Source of the DNA: Torpedo marmorata
Lineage: Eukaryota
Length of the DNA stretch: 64,000 nucleotides
Assembly (NCBI GenBank): GCA_977017645.1
Contig: OZ360222.1
Span: forward strand, 81,468,001-81,532,000
Direction: 5' to 3'
In this document: positions 23,312 through 35,960 of the stretch, one piece after another
How the letters are laid out: each line of letters opens with the position of its first letter
Numbering within the stretch: position 1 is the first letter of the stretch
Made by a program: the position numbers and the translations under genes
The notes under the pieces: model-generated
Told to the model about the DNA's origin: nothing
What the model saw: only the letters and a program-made list of their open reading frames with translations
Database searches by the model: none

Positions 23312-26300
23312 TAATAGAATTGTGAATTTCCACTTAAAAGTGATGAATACTCTCAGACATTTTGAACAATATAGTAAATAAGTAAAAGTGACACTTCAAG
23401 GCTAACTTTTGGAACTTTAGTATCATGTTGAAAACACAAATAGAATGGACACAATGCCATTGTAGGTTTCAATGATGCTAAAACAGCTGAGGATATGGAT
23501 CAGTGGTGCTTTAGATTTGCCCATTATATTGGACAAGACTGTTCCTTAATTTGTGGAGCTCCATAGACCTTTTTGGAAGGTTGGTGCTTCTGAAAATTAA
23601 ATCAATATAAACACTTTTGCAGATAAAGTATAATTTCACAAGGAATTTTAGGTGATATACTTCCATGGCAGGGTGCTGTGCTTTGCATTGGCCAATGGAA
23701 TTGTATCTGTTGTAATTTAGTGGTGAGATGGAGTAAATCCATCTCCAGAATCTTTTTTCAATCTTGTAACCATTTAAACTGAACTCTTTACAAACTGAGT
23801 GTAATCAGCCAACAGAGCAACAATATGAATGCATATTTGTTGTAAAATGTATTTTGTATTTGCTGATGTTGTTTGTTCCATGCATTGAAAGATCTGAAAA
23901 ATACCAGTGCCCTAACTAAAGATTTGGAGGTAATTTTAAGCAAATCCCATGTTATTTTCATATTTTGAAATGAAGGCAAATGTTTTTAAAAAGAGCAACC
24001 TCATTGGGAAAGGAGAGAATGAGAAACTAAGCTAATTATTTTTTTCCACCCAAATAGTGAATATTCAAAGTTCATTTATCATCCCCAGGGAACCTTGTTG
24101 CAGCTACAATTAAAGTCAGCATTTTCTTCCACATTGTATATATGTTAATTATTACATTTATAAAGTAACAGAATTAGTTGTTTGTGTGCTGCTTGACAGA
24201 GCAGAGAAATGGTGGCAATGTTCCTATGAAGACTTTTATACTGTTATCAAATAACTAGAATATCTATTTTTGTAAGCCATATCATCAAATGTAAGATGCA
24301 GACCCCTCTACAATTACTGGCTATGACCAGGAGGACCGTGTTCATCCTGGCTCGCTGGGAGTTCTCCAAGGTAATTGAAATTCTACCTCCATAGAGTTCA
24401 GATGAGAAGTGATATGAAGATGTGGGAAAACCTGAGCTGAATTGATTTTTTTCCCCTTAATGTTTGGACAAAGAAATAACTTCGCTAAGTGTAGCAGAGA
24501 TGATAAGCGCATTCAGTAATGGTAGATTAAGAGGCCTGCATCGGTTAATACAGACTGTATTTTATTCTCCCTCTATGTGCTGCCATGTTTAGATTGGAGA
24601 TTAATTGCAATAGAATTACTGTACGTCTGTTTGTTTTTTTAACAATTGCAAATTACATTAAACAGCCGATGTGTTTTCTAATATGATTGTTCTTACCTGA
24701 TAATTGGGAAGGCGCCACAAGAGATTTTGATAAGAAATTCATAAACTCTCTTTTATGAAGCCCTCATGACTTCATTTTGCGACTATCTAGGGTGACAAAT
24801 TATTTGAAGAAAGCAGACCTACACACAAAACACAATGCCCTGTTTCTTTCAGAATTATGGCTCTTTATTTATTTTACAAATATTTGCCCTGTGTTATCTG
24901 GCATATGATGAGGAATATAATGAAATGTTATACAGTGGCAGTGTTTCCTGGTTAATTTTTTTTTTCTCCTCCTGTAGCCTTATGGCAGTACTTGGGCAGA
25001 AAGTATGAAATTGTTATCTGCACTTGCAATTAGAGATCAGCCTCTTTCATTCCAATCCTATTTGAAGATTGATTTGATTTTCGTCCAATAGCAAAAATAA
25101 AACAGTACACAGCTTGGGTTTTGTGGAGATATCTGTAGCTGTGAAGTGTTAATTGCAATTTAGATAAGGATTAGAAGGACCATATCTCAGTAGACCACAT
25201 TTATTTGCAAGTGCTATACTGTAATGTATCATGATTTTGTGTGTGCGTGTCTGTCTTTGCCTGTCTGTGTGTTTGTGTTTGCACATAGTGTCTTGTACGG
25301 CCACATTCAGATAATGGGAATCAGGTAAGCCCCCTTGCCAGCGCCACTACACTAGACATAGGATTTTGTACTGAGGTCCTGCAGGCTTCTTAAATACGGG
25401 AATTTTCAACACAAAAGTAATTTCAAATCTGCAGAATTGACCTGCTTTACATGACTTTTCCCTCAACCACCCTTTCTACCTCAACTTTGCCTGTTCTGCA
25501 GATAACAATGGCCATAAGCTTCACAACAATGTTATTATCTTCTTCCAACTCAGCTCGGTTCTTCCTGACCAACCAGTTGTTTAAGTTCGTTAAGCAGGAG
25601 GTGTATTCCAGTTTCCTATTATAGGTACAGTGCAATTTGTGAGAATATTATTCTGAGGCTAACTTCGACATGCAAAATACCATGGAAATTGTTTATTTTC
25701 TCCAATATGCTGTGTTAGTCCGTGGTTCAATTATTATTTGACCACTGTCCATTGCTTCTCTTTATGCCAAATAAAAACATGCATATATGCAACGAATAAA
25801 ATCCTACAAGTTTAGTTTGATGAAATTGAAGTTTTTAGCACATTTTTTCTCTGGTCTCAGGAAATAATAATGTACAAAATTATTTTATCCATTAGGTTTA
25901 AATCTGATTCATGTTCTATTCAAGAATGAACTTTATAATTTTAAATCCAGTCTGTCATAGGGCATAGGACAGTGCAAATATGCAGTGGGATAAAGGATCG
26001 CCAAAACGTTATAGTTAATAGAAGAATGTCATCATGGTGATTTGGATGCCCTCTCATCAAGGACTTTGGAACTGAATGAGTGTAAAGGCTGAAAAGATTG
26101 TTTTGGGCTTGGGGGAGCCAGCACCACCCTGGATGTAATAACAAAGGTATCAAAAGCCATCTCTGACTCAAGAACTCGCAACTTGTTTATTTATTTATTT
26201 CATTTGAATTTTATATAGATATATATATCATCTTATTTGCCTGCAATATGAAGGTAAAAGTCATATTCAGATAGTGAAGTACAGTGCAAAAACTTTTTGT

Positions 26301-29300
26301 ATTTTTTGAAGTCCATGGAAAAGCAATGAAGAAAATAATAGGAAAAAGAAAGATTTGATTACCCTTCATGAATGATATCTGACACTTTTCATCTTAAACA
26401 TATTTCCATAGCATGTCAAAAGTAATGTCTTTTTCAAAAGCTTCCTCCACAACAGACGTTTAGATCAGGGACACACAAATAAAATGATCTGTGAAATGTG
26501 GCCTCGGAGAAAAGGTGCTGGGTCTCTGCTTGATTCCTAATTAATTGACTTTTATAATTACCTACATGCTATGCATTATTTGGAACTCGTACAGAGTGCG
26601 GAATTAAATGTATTGTCGTGGTTAAAGAGTTATGCCTCATGATTAGCTGATATGAAATGAGAAACCACAATTCATTTTGCTAGTTTAAAGAAGCTAAATG
26701 ATGCATATATAACGGTGATGTATAGTGCACTGATATGGTGCATATGTATGCAGTGTTAGGAGTGCGCTGCATTAACTCTGCAAATACCACATGTTCGGTT
26801 TGAGAAATTACTTTTTTATGAAAATCCTAACTTTGAATTAATATGTTATACAAGACAGAATTATAGCAAGTAGATTGCTAGAGTCCCTTTCCTGCCCACA
26901 CTACAGATTAGTCATGGTGTGTCGGGCTAGCTCTATATTGACTTAATTTTTTAAAAGTTTCACTTCAGTTTTACCTTAAATATATGTAAAGAGATTTTTC
27001 CTATTATTTTAATATTACCATAGGGTTTCAATGGGGTGAAGGTTTGGAATCTATTCCCCTGAATATACCCGTCATTTGAGTTAGGGTTGAAGTTATTAAT
27101 AGCATCAAAAGCACCCACAGGCCAAGAAGAACTATTAACATATCAAAATGTTAGGGTGCCTGAGACCTGCCACCTTTTTCTCAATGTGACGATTGCATTG
27201 CCTGATGCACATGGAGATTATTTTATCAGTTGCTCATAACAGTTGGGCAGCAATGTGTCTTCTGAGTGTGTGCTCAGTATTTGATGCATGTAGGCTACCT
27301 TTAATTTCCTCTGCTCTTCACATACAAGTGCACGTTGGCAGAGCCTTGGTTGCAGACTTAGTGGAAATCCATTGTGCCTTGGAAAGAAGCATAGAGTCAC
27401 TACTGCCCTCTATTGTCAGAAATGGAACAGCAGGACTTTTTAATCATTGGTGTTGAAATGCCCATTATAGTGTAATGGCACAGCGTTCCAAGAATGCCTG
27501 TTGTTACTGCTCATTCTGAAATGAAATAGTTCTCGTAACCCTTTTAACCAAATAACTGTTATTATTTTTTTATTAATGAAATACAAAAACATTTATCATC
27601 ATCAATTATTGGTGATTATTAAAAAGATAGATGGCTTCTTTCATCACCTATTTAACACAGATGTGCATCAAAATTCTGATGACAACTCAGACAATGTGAG
27701 TAAAATGAATATGAATTCAAAATTACCAAAGATATGCAGTCTGTTTTGGATACAGTCTGTAATCAATAGAAACATTCCCTGAATCTACTGGTTACAAAAC
27801 AGTTTAAAAGTAATTTTCAAAAGCACAATTTTAGATATCAAATCAAAATTGTTTTTTTTTTGTGCTATTAACTTCCCAAAATACTTCAAGCTCTTGATGC
27901 AATGATAGCAAGAGTATATCCAAAATAATATTTTCCTTCCATTATTAACTTGTGCATGAGAATGAAGTGAACAAAGTAATACAAATAAATAATTTTCCAG
28001 ATTAAATACCTGTATTTTAAATGGCTCGGTAATGTTTATCTGAATATGATCAAAAATACATATACAGACAGTGTTAACATGAGGTGTATTTAGACTATTT
28101 CTCAAGCCTAAATGTTCATTTGTTTTTTCCTTGATCTTGCAACAGTAAAAATAGAGCTCGTAAATGCTCTTCTAAATGTAAATTTGCATCTTTTCTTTTT
28201 TTGGTTGCAATGATCTTCTCTACAGTATAGGACTAAGTTGAAGTACAAAATTGCCTTGAATTGCATGGAATACTTTGAATGTATTTCAGAGAGAACTGTG
28301 TCCACATATGAATGGTTCTATATCTATTTTAATCCTCAACAAGATTGACTATAGGAGAATTACAGGACAAAGCACTGTATTTCCATCAGAATGAAATTTT
28401 GTTTTATTTGAGTGATTGTTATATTTAGTTAATGCTTTGCTCCTGTTTGAATTTACACAGCAGTTAGGCACGCAGGGTTACAGAAAAGAAGTTATTATCT
28501 TCAAGGAACATTCAATGCATTCTCTGTTACGATAACTTTGCCATTAATAGCACAATTAAATTTAATCTGAATAAATTTAGAAATTAATAACCAATGAACA
28601 TCAGAGTAATACCATATTTGAAGAATTTTTAATCACTTCACAAGGTGAATAAGTATTGTGCATTTGGAAAAATAACAATTCAAGGAAATGCCTACACATA
28701 CATGGACTCTTCTGGGTTTTTTATAGAGATTTTGTATAGGTGTTTAAATAATTGGTATGGAAAGTTATGTGATATGTTGCATTGATTTATTTTTAAATGA
28801 CACTGTTCCTATGGCATTGCACTAAAATTCTTTGTGACCTCCTCCCTGCCACCACTCTTTCATTTGCATGAAGGAGTGGTTTTTCTGTGGTCACTGGGTT
28901 TCTTTCATTAGAGCACTGTAGAGTTATGTTTGCACAGGCTTTGTGAATCATTCTGTATACAAATACAGAGCACATTGCTTATGCTTTCATCTATGCTTAT
29001 TGCCAAACATTGGGTTAATGTAAAGTTTGTGTTCAGAAACGATGCGGAATTCTGATGCTGACGAGTGGAAAGTGGCTGAGTCTAAACTGATGCAGATTTT
29101 GCAGGTTCTGTTTGTACCTGTTGTGGTTAGTTGACACAACCCCACCAAAAATCAGGAGTCGACACAAATAAATGTGAAATGTATCGGGCTGGTCAATACC
29201 ATATGATCCAGGCCATTGCACATGATAACATTTCTTCTAAGCAGCAAATCATAAACAAAATAGATTGTAGGTATGTACTGTCAGTACAAAATATAGCAAT

Positions 29301-30471
29301 ATCAAGGGCTGGTCATGTGCGATTGAATAGAGCTTGGTGAACTGTCCTTCCTCCTGTTTACTACCAGAAAGGATTAAAAAAATGTCCTTAATTATGTATA
29401 ACACCTCTTTACAGGGAAGGGTCCAAACTAAGATAAACATCTTGTTTCTATTTTAGATGTTCTCTTGGGTGATTTAAAAGTCAAAGGGACTGGGTGCAAG
29501 CATGTGCCGTTTTATCTAAAGGAACATAATGTGGTTGTGGAAGAATGTGTTTCTGGACAGTGGCAAAGACTAAACTTACACTGCCTATAAAATGCTAGGA
29601 TCTCCTATGTAAAACTATAATATAGATTTCAAGTATGCCACATTTGCATGCTGGTATAGTGGGATTGAAATGCAATATTAATTTACTACATTTATTGAGT
29701 CATTGGATGAGTTTAATTTAAATTATAAAATCAGGAAGTATCAAAACTCAAAACATGTAAAGATTAGTTTCTGAATATGTTTGTGTTAATTGTAGGTAAT
29801 AAACTAGGAGAATATATCAGCCCAGTCTTTGATTGCATGATAAATATGCATATATGTTTTTTTATTAAGTCTAGAGATAATGAAATAAGATATTGATGGA
29901 ATCCACAAACGTGCTTGAAACTGGTCTTCAGCCATTCAATAATTAGGCAGAATTCTTCTTTGTTAAATATTTTCAACTTGTCCGGACTGATTACCAGATT
30001 TTTAGAAAATCCTTTCAGGAAAGCAACTGCCAGCAACACTGTGCCTGCTGAATGGTTAATTTAACATCAGAAGCAATTCTGAGACAGCCTTGCTTTTGGA
30101 CACTAAAAAGGGTTTACATTGGGTTAACGGAATGCAGAGAGACAGCCAGCTGTTGGAACTCGCATTATTTGAAGGAGACCATGATTGGAGGAGCTGTATT
30201 TCAGAACCGTTCCTGCAATGGCTTTGATGCCGGTTAGCCTTTCTACAATTGCTTCAAGCCACATTGTCATATGGCTCTGTAGCAGGCAATTCATGTCAAC
30301 GCAGTAAAGATATCAGTGTTTGCACAAGGGAAGCATTTGTTATCATACTTCTGGTGCATCCACAGTTTTCAAATTGGGTATGAAGATATGAAACAGCCTG
30401 AAGAATTTTTCTCTAATTATGATCCTGAACTCTCAGTTTTGTGCTAAATTTGCAAGTGGCATTAAATAATT

Positions 30472-30715
30472 AGCACCAATAGCCTGAATACGACTGGGAT
30501 TGTCTGATCTTGGAAGCTAAGCAGGCACAGGACTGGTCAGTACTTGGAGGGGAGACCGCCCAGGAACACCAGGTGCTGTAGGTTTCTGTGAGGGGCGCTG
30601 GACAAAGTAGCGACTCTCTGTCTGCCTTACGGTAGACAAAAATTAAAGAATTTCATGTATGTTACATTCTAAATGTAGTATTACGTGACAATAATGGAAC
30701 CTTTACCTTTACCTT
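30472..30715 (+). mobile_element. 5S rRNA-derived SINE (SINE3 type)
   Basis: 30481-30585 matches vertebrate 5S rRNA (GTCTGATCTTGGAAGCTAAGCAGG...GGTCAGTACTTGGAGGGGAGACCGCCCAGGAACACCAGGTGCTGTAGGTTT). A ~110-nt unrelated body and a GTGACAATAATGGA(ACCTTT)n tail follow. Confidence 0.85.
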
Positions 30716-31179
30716 GCAAAACTGAGCAAGATAGAATAATGTGCAAACTTAAATTTCAAAAAGGTAGAAATCTCAAGCTTTCCTTTAAAAGGAACTTTCA
30801 GTTTATGGTGGACCTTGTTTTTAAATTTTACTCTATGTTTAAAACTGATAGCTGTGTGATTTGTAAATATTAAATTTAGGAAACATTACTAATTTCTGAG
30901 AGGAATAAAAATACCATAGTGTTTTTATGAAAATATTCTAAGGATTTACCCAAGTGCTTTCAGTAATAATACACACAACATTTTATTGAGAAAACTAGAT
31001 ACAAAATAATGACCAGAAAATTGTAAAATAATTTGTTTGCTAAATCTGTCTTTTTCAACATAAACTTTTTCAGAGGTTTATAAATATTGTCCCTTTAAGT
31101 TTTTTAAAATTTGCCGTACTTTGGAACAAATAAAAATTGTGCTTTAAATGCTGTACTCTATATGGTTGTGGAATTTTGT

Positions 31180-31350
31180 CTCCCTCCTCCCCGTTTACTG
31201 ACTTCCCGCCTACTGTACCTGCATTGCCTCCGTTAGCCACTGTAGGAATTGTTCTGTCTGCAGTGCTTGGCTCTGAGTGGCTACAATCGCACCAATGCGA
31301 TGACTGGTGAGGTCGGGGATTGCATATGTAAAGACCTGCTTCATATTAAT
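31180..31350 (+). promoter_or_regulatory. ESRRG: Putative proximal promoter of the ESRRG long-isoform first exon
   Basis: Local GC rise, TTCCCGCC at ~31203, CCAAT at 31292-31296 and AT-rich TATTAATAA at ~31344, directly upstream of the conserved 5'UTR. The TSS position is inferred. Confidence 0.55.
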
Positions 31351-31518
31351 AAGCTACAATCGGGACTTTAAGACCTTGATTAGGAGAGTGCGAGCCTGGT
31401 CCCAGCTGGCTTTGCCTATAGGCTGTCACCAGAGAACATTTGTGTTAATTGCGCCACTCTGTCAGGGAACTTTGATTTATTGCCAGGAGTGTGGCTCGAA
31501 TAATGGTGCTGAGCGCAC
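31351..31518 (+). other. ESRRG: ESRRG exon 1 5'UTR
   Basis: AAGCTACAATCGGGACTTTAAGACCTTGATTAGGAGAGTG...GCCTATAGGCTGTCAC...AGAACATTTGTGTTAATTGC...AACTTTGATTTAT...CGCAC-ATG closely resembles the mammalian ESRRG 5'UTR as I recall it (not aligned computationally). Confidence 0.7.
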
Positions 31519-31574
31519 ATGGATTTTGTAGAACTTTGTCTCCCTGAATCTTTTTCTCTCCACTACAACGAAGA
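31519..31574 (+). CDS. ESRRG: ESRRG first coding exon (N-terminal extension MDFVELCLPESFSLHYNEE)
   Basis: 56 nt ending GA|GTAGGT (phase 2). It joins G-CTT-CTC-TGC-AGA at 52706 to give ...[16 protein letters not shown], matching ERRgamma MDSVELCLPESFSLHYEEELLCRMSNKDRH. Missed by the ORF track. Confidence 0.95.
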
Positions 31575-31822
31575 GTAGGTACCCTTTTCTTTCCATTCCG
31601 GTCTTTTTTATTTTACAGGGCTGCTGGGGATTTGTTGTATATGTGTATGTCCCAATGTGTCTGTGCTGTCTGCTTGCATGTTTTGTGCCAGGATTACGTC
31701 CCACTCTTCTGTGCAAAGGATAGTCTCTGAATTATCTCCAGATTCCCAGAAGCAGTCTACTGTTACTGCATATTGTGCTGCTATTCGTAATGTAGTCAAG
31801 GATGTGGAGAAGCCAACAGAAT

Positions 31823-31982
31823 NNNNNNNNNNNNNNNNNNNNNNNNNNNNNNNNNNNNNNNNNNNNNNNNNNNNNNNNNNNNNNNNNNNNNNNNNNNNNN
31901 NNNNNNNNNNNNNNNNNNNNNNNNNNNNNNNNNNNNNNNNNNNNNNNNNNNNNNNNNNNNNNNNNNNNNNNNNNNNNNNNNN
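31823..31982. other. Assembly gap (160 N)
   Basis: Run of N in ESRRG intron 1, about 250 bp after exon 1. Confidence 1.
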
Positions 31983-34900
31983 TAAAAATCCTGTGTTTTG
32001 TTTTGCTCTAAAAGCTAATTTGTATGATTGTCTTTTATAATCCACTTAATATAGTTGCATCCAAATGAAATTTGTACACATGGTTTTTGTTTCTGAATCT
32101 CAGCGGGTATTTTTTTAAACTGACAGCTTCCAGCAAACAACGAGTGAGAGAATAAATAAAACCTAGCTGACAACTTGTATCAAGTTCTCTCACTTTTCAT
32201 TGTACAATTCGTCTCTTTAAATGATTGCCCTGCTGAAGTCAGCAACAGGCACAGGGTATGGGAAGAACGTCACAAACCTGTACGAAAATACCTTCACATC
32301 TTGAAATGCTTCAAATGGAGTTTTCTCCTGCTGTTCAGCAGGTTTTGCATATTTGCATGGAGGTTTAAATATTGCAAGAGGTCAGACACTCCATTTGAAA
32401 GATGCAAGATGTACTCTATGACAACCTTGCATTCAAAGGGAAGGGGGTATTTAGTGTGTTCATTTCAATGGATTTTGCTGCACTCTTTTGTTGTCAGAGC
32501 CTCCTGTGCTATAGTAATTAACCTGCAGTAAAAATAAAACCCATGCGACTCCTGATTTCATTCCCACACAAAGCTTTTCTTTAAACAAATATATTCACTG
32601 CCTGTGTGTTCGCTATATATTACAAAGATTATAATTCCACAAATAATATATTAATGCTGATACTATGGATAAAAAAAACTATATTTTTGATCTGCTCAGA
32701 ATGTGTAGCTATGTGGTTAAGCTCTTTGGAGGAAATAGGCGATCACATTGAAGCAGTTTGTGCAGTATTATCTCTTTTGCATTCACTCGCCTTGTATTAA
32801 ATTGTCATTGTCCTAAACCGAGAAAGAAATGAATTGCAGCTTTCAATGCTGTCAGACAGTGAAATATTTACCCTCCGTGTCCCCAATCATACTTCACGTG
32901 TGTTTGATGGTGTGGGTTTGACACGAACAATCTTGCTGGTTTGATACTCAGTTACTGCTTCTTCCTTTGCTTTTACCTCCCTGGGCTTTAAGTCACAAAA
33001 AAAGAAGTGGTGCATTAGATTCCTAATGTTACTTTCCCTGTTTTTTTTCCTGTCATGAATATAATGAAGGAGCAGGTACTTCATAGAGACTTATCTCAGA
33101 TTTACGCAAAATATAAATTGATAAATGCCACGTTACAGAGTCCTACTGCAAGCAAGATTCAGCTCCAACTGGACAAAATGGCCTTCTCTTAAATGACCAT
33201 TCTAGGCATGAGCCAGGCGCGGTTGTTCATTGCAGTGGCTGCTTTACTGTACCCATATGGAGGTATGTAATTGGCTTCAGATTGTATTAGTCAGTAGAGC
33301 CTTACAGATCAGCATTGTCAGGTTTTAACATTAGTATGAATGACACCTGTCTAATCAATCATGTGGCCACAGCTCCACAGATGGAATGGATCTTGCCTGC
33401 TTAAAAATTCTGCTAAATCATGGCATATACTTGGCTTTAATTCATGTTATTGTCCTTTCTGGAAATCAAAATTATATATTCATTCCACACTTAAGGATAG
33501 CGCTCAGACTTAAAGTGCGTGTATGGAGGTGGGTGGGAATAGGTGCTTTGTAGATAGCTGGCGTAATGGCAAGTGCTATAATTGGCTTTACTGTGTGAAA
33601 CTAATCCCAGCAGGTTAGACAGATGAGAGATTTTGAACAAGTATATGTCCAGTTTCACTTGAGGCCCAATACTGTTGTTGACCAATTGTCCAGTCTGCAA
33701 ATTCTCAAGCAGATAACTTAAAGGGTGATTTCATGGCCTCCTGCTGCTAAAGGTTCATTTTTCTACTTGTCTTTTCGTAGACTATGCTGCCTCTTCATGT
33801 GTTATACTTTGACTTGGGAATTACCTGACTGTGTGTGTATATATATTGGAATTGTGTATAGACAGTGATTGGAAATTCTGAAATTAGCATTAACGTTACT
33901 TTTTTTAATACCCATTTCAAAAATTCAAGGAAAGCATGCATTAAATGGATAGCTCAGCAAAGACTTCTGAGTTTTGTTAATTGTGGCTGCAATACTTTTT
34001 TTTTACATGATGTTGCCTCAGATAACAGAGAAAAGTTTTAACTGTTGTAATTGTTCTGTTCAGATGCTCGGTAAAATGATAAGAACTTTGAAATGTTGAT
34101 ATATTTTTGAATAGGCACGAGCAATAATTTCTGGAGGCAGCTTGTTACCCAGTGTGAATAAAATGCCAAGTTTTACATCAGTGAAACTCAATGATTCATA
34201 CTTCGGATTTCAATTCAAACAGCGGTAAGCCATGCTGTGGCATCTCAATGTTTGAATTTTTTTCTCCTTGCAACAGTGTTGGATAATTCAACCGAGGAGA
34301 CCCAAGTAAAATGACTACCTTTTCCGAAAGTCGATTTAGTGCAGCTATTTCATTTTCATTCAGTCTGCTTTAGGCAAGCAAGCAATCTAGAGGGTTAGCT
34401 TTTCAATTTGATACAGTAAAAATATTGAAGAATACATTTTTAAACACTGATTTTAATTTTATACACCCCCCCCAAAAAAAGTTTAAAAGCTATTTCAAGC
34501 AGTTAAAGGCTATTTTATTTTTAAAGATTTTTTTTGTGAAGCTTTTGCATGTAAACCCCTTATCGGTTAGAGTAATTCAATAATGCCTCAGCTGGTTGCT
34601 GCTGCTGAACCCCAGTATGGTCCCTGTGGATTTTGTAATTAATATATGGACATTTTTGTCAAGTTCTTTTTCTAAATTCCTCAGCTCTTACTTGGCTAGG
34701 AAGCCTGAATTTAATTTTGTATTGTGCAATGTAATCTTCAATTGCAGCCACATTAGACCTTCTACAACTATATTTTGTTAGAACTTTTTAGAGGAACAGT
34801 AACCACTGCAACGATCTTTATTCCCTTTAATCAGCATCATAAATTGCAATTTAGTCTTCTCTGCGTGCCTCAAATTTGTCTTGACAGAATGATGCTGGTG

Positions 34901-35713
34901 TTCAGTAGCATGTCACCAAAACCCATCGAACAAAGCACTGATAAAGGCAGATGCTAGTTAGCTCTGACAGAGTGCGGGAATGTTGCCATTCTGTGCCATT
35001 GGTTGCATCTTCAATCCTTGTGGAGTGCAGCAGGTCAAACCTTTACCTCTTTCCTTAATTATGCCTCTCTTCCTGTTCGATTGAGTCTAATAAATCGGGT
35101 TAGGCGAGGTTGTTTGTGTGCACGACACTGGTCACTCCCTAAAACAAAACAGTTTGGTCAAAATCTAGTCAGCAGCTGGTGCGCACAGTGCAAGAATCAG
35201 GCTTGCTCCAGAGGACTGTTGGCAACCCAAACAGACCAAACCAAAGCGTGAAATAGTTTTACGCTGGTTTGGGTTTATTTTCTAAACAAAGAGCAGGGTG
35301 GTGGTGTCAGAAGCTTTCGAAACTTTCAGTTAAAGAATGCATTGTCCACAATATTTTTTTTGTTTTGAATTGTTGTTTAAATCTTTCAAGTTTTCCACAA
35401 TAGTAAAATGACATTACCAAATCAAAATGGACTTGAATTTGATAATTATTCACTGGTATGTCTTTTAAAGTGCACTGGCTCAAAACCTTTGTTTATTTAG
35501 ATTGTAGACATGGTTCCCTTTGGACTTGTGCAAAGCTGCAATGTAACTTAGGAATCAGGTGACAAGTGGATTTTAAGTTTCTTTGAAGCCAAATGTCATA
35601 ACACCAGGCTGACTATCATGTGCATTGCAATCCCAAAGTCTAATGCTCCCCCTCTGTGATTCCCTGCCCTCCTCTCCTCCCAAACTGACGAATCTAGATT
35701 TATAAAACCCTAA

Positions 35714-35960
35714 GTGCGGCACGGTTAGTGTAGCGGTTAGTGCAACGCTTGTTACAGCGCCAGCGACCCGGGTTCGAATCCGGCACTGTCTGTAAGGAGT
35801 TTGTACATTTTCCACATGTCTGCGTGGGTTTCGTCTGCGTGCTATGGTTTCCTCCCACCCTTTAAAATGTACCAGGGGTTGTAGGGGAATTGGGTGTGAT
35901 TGGGCGGCACGGGCTCGTGGGCCGGAAGGGCTTGTAACCGCGCTGTATGTCTAAATTTAA
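35714..35960 (+). mobile_element. HE1-like V-SINE, full length
   Basis: tRNA head GGCACGGTTAGTGTAGCGG...GGTTCGAATCC, V-domain, and tail GGGCCGGAAGGGCTTGTAACCGCGCTGTATGTCTAAA. Confidence 0.9.

Noticed and set aside
30481-30585. Functional 5S rRNA gene
   Set aside because: The 5' end is diverged or missing, there are many substitutions, no T4 terminator, no tandem array, and it is fused to a retroposon tail.
31608-32045. ORFs spanning 31608-32045
   Set aside because: They are artefacts of translating through the 160-N gap.
35714-35790. tRNA gene (also 21530-21604 on the minus strand)
   Set aside because: The A/B boxes belong to V-SINE heads that run straight into the V-domain; I see no complete cloverleaf.
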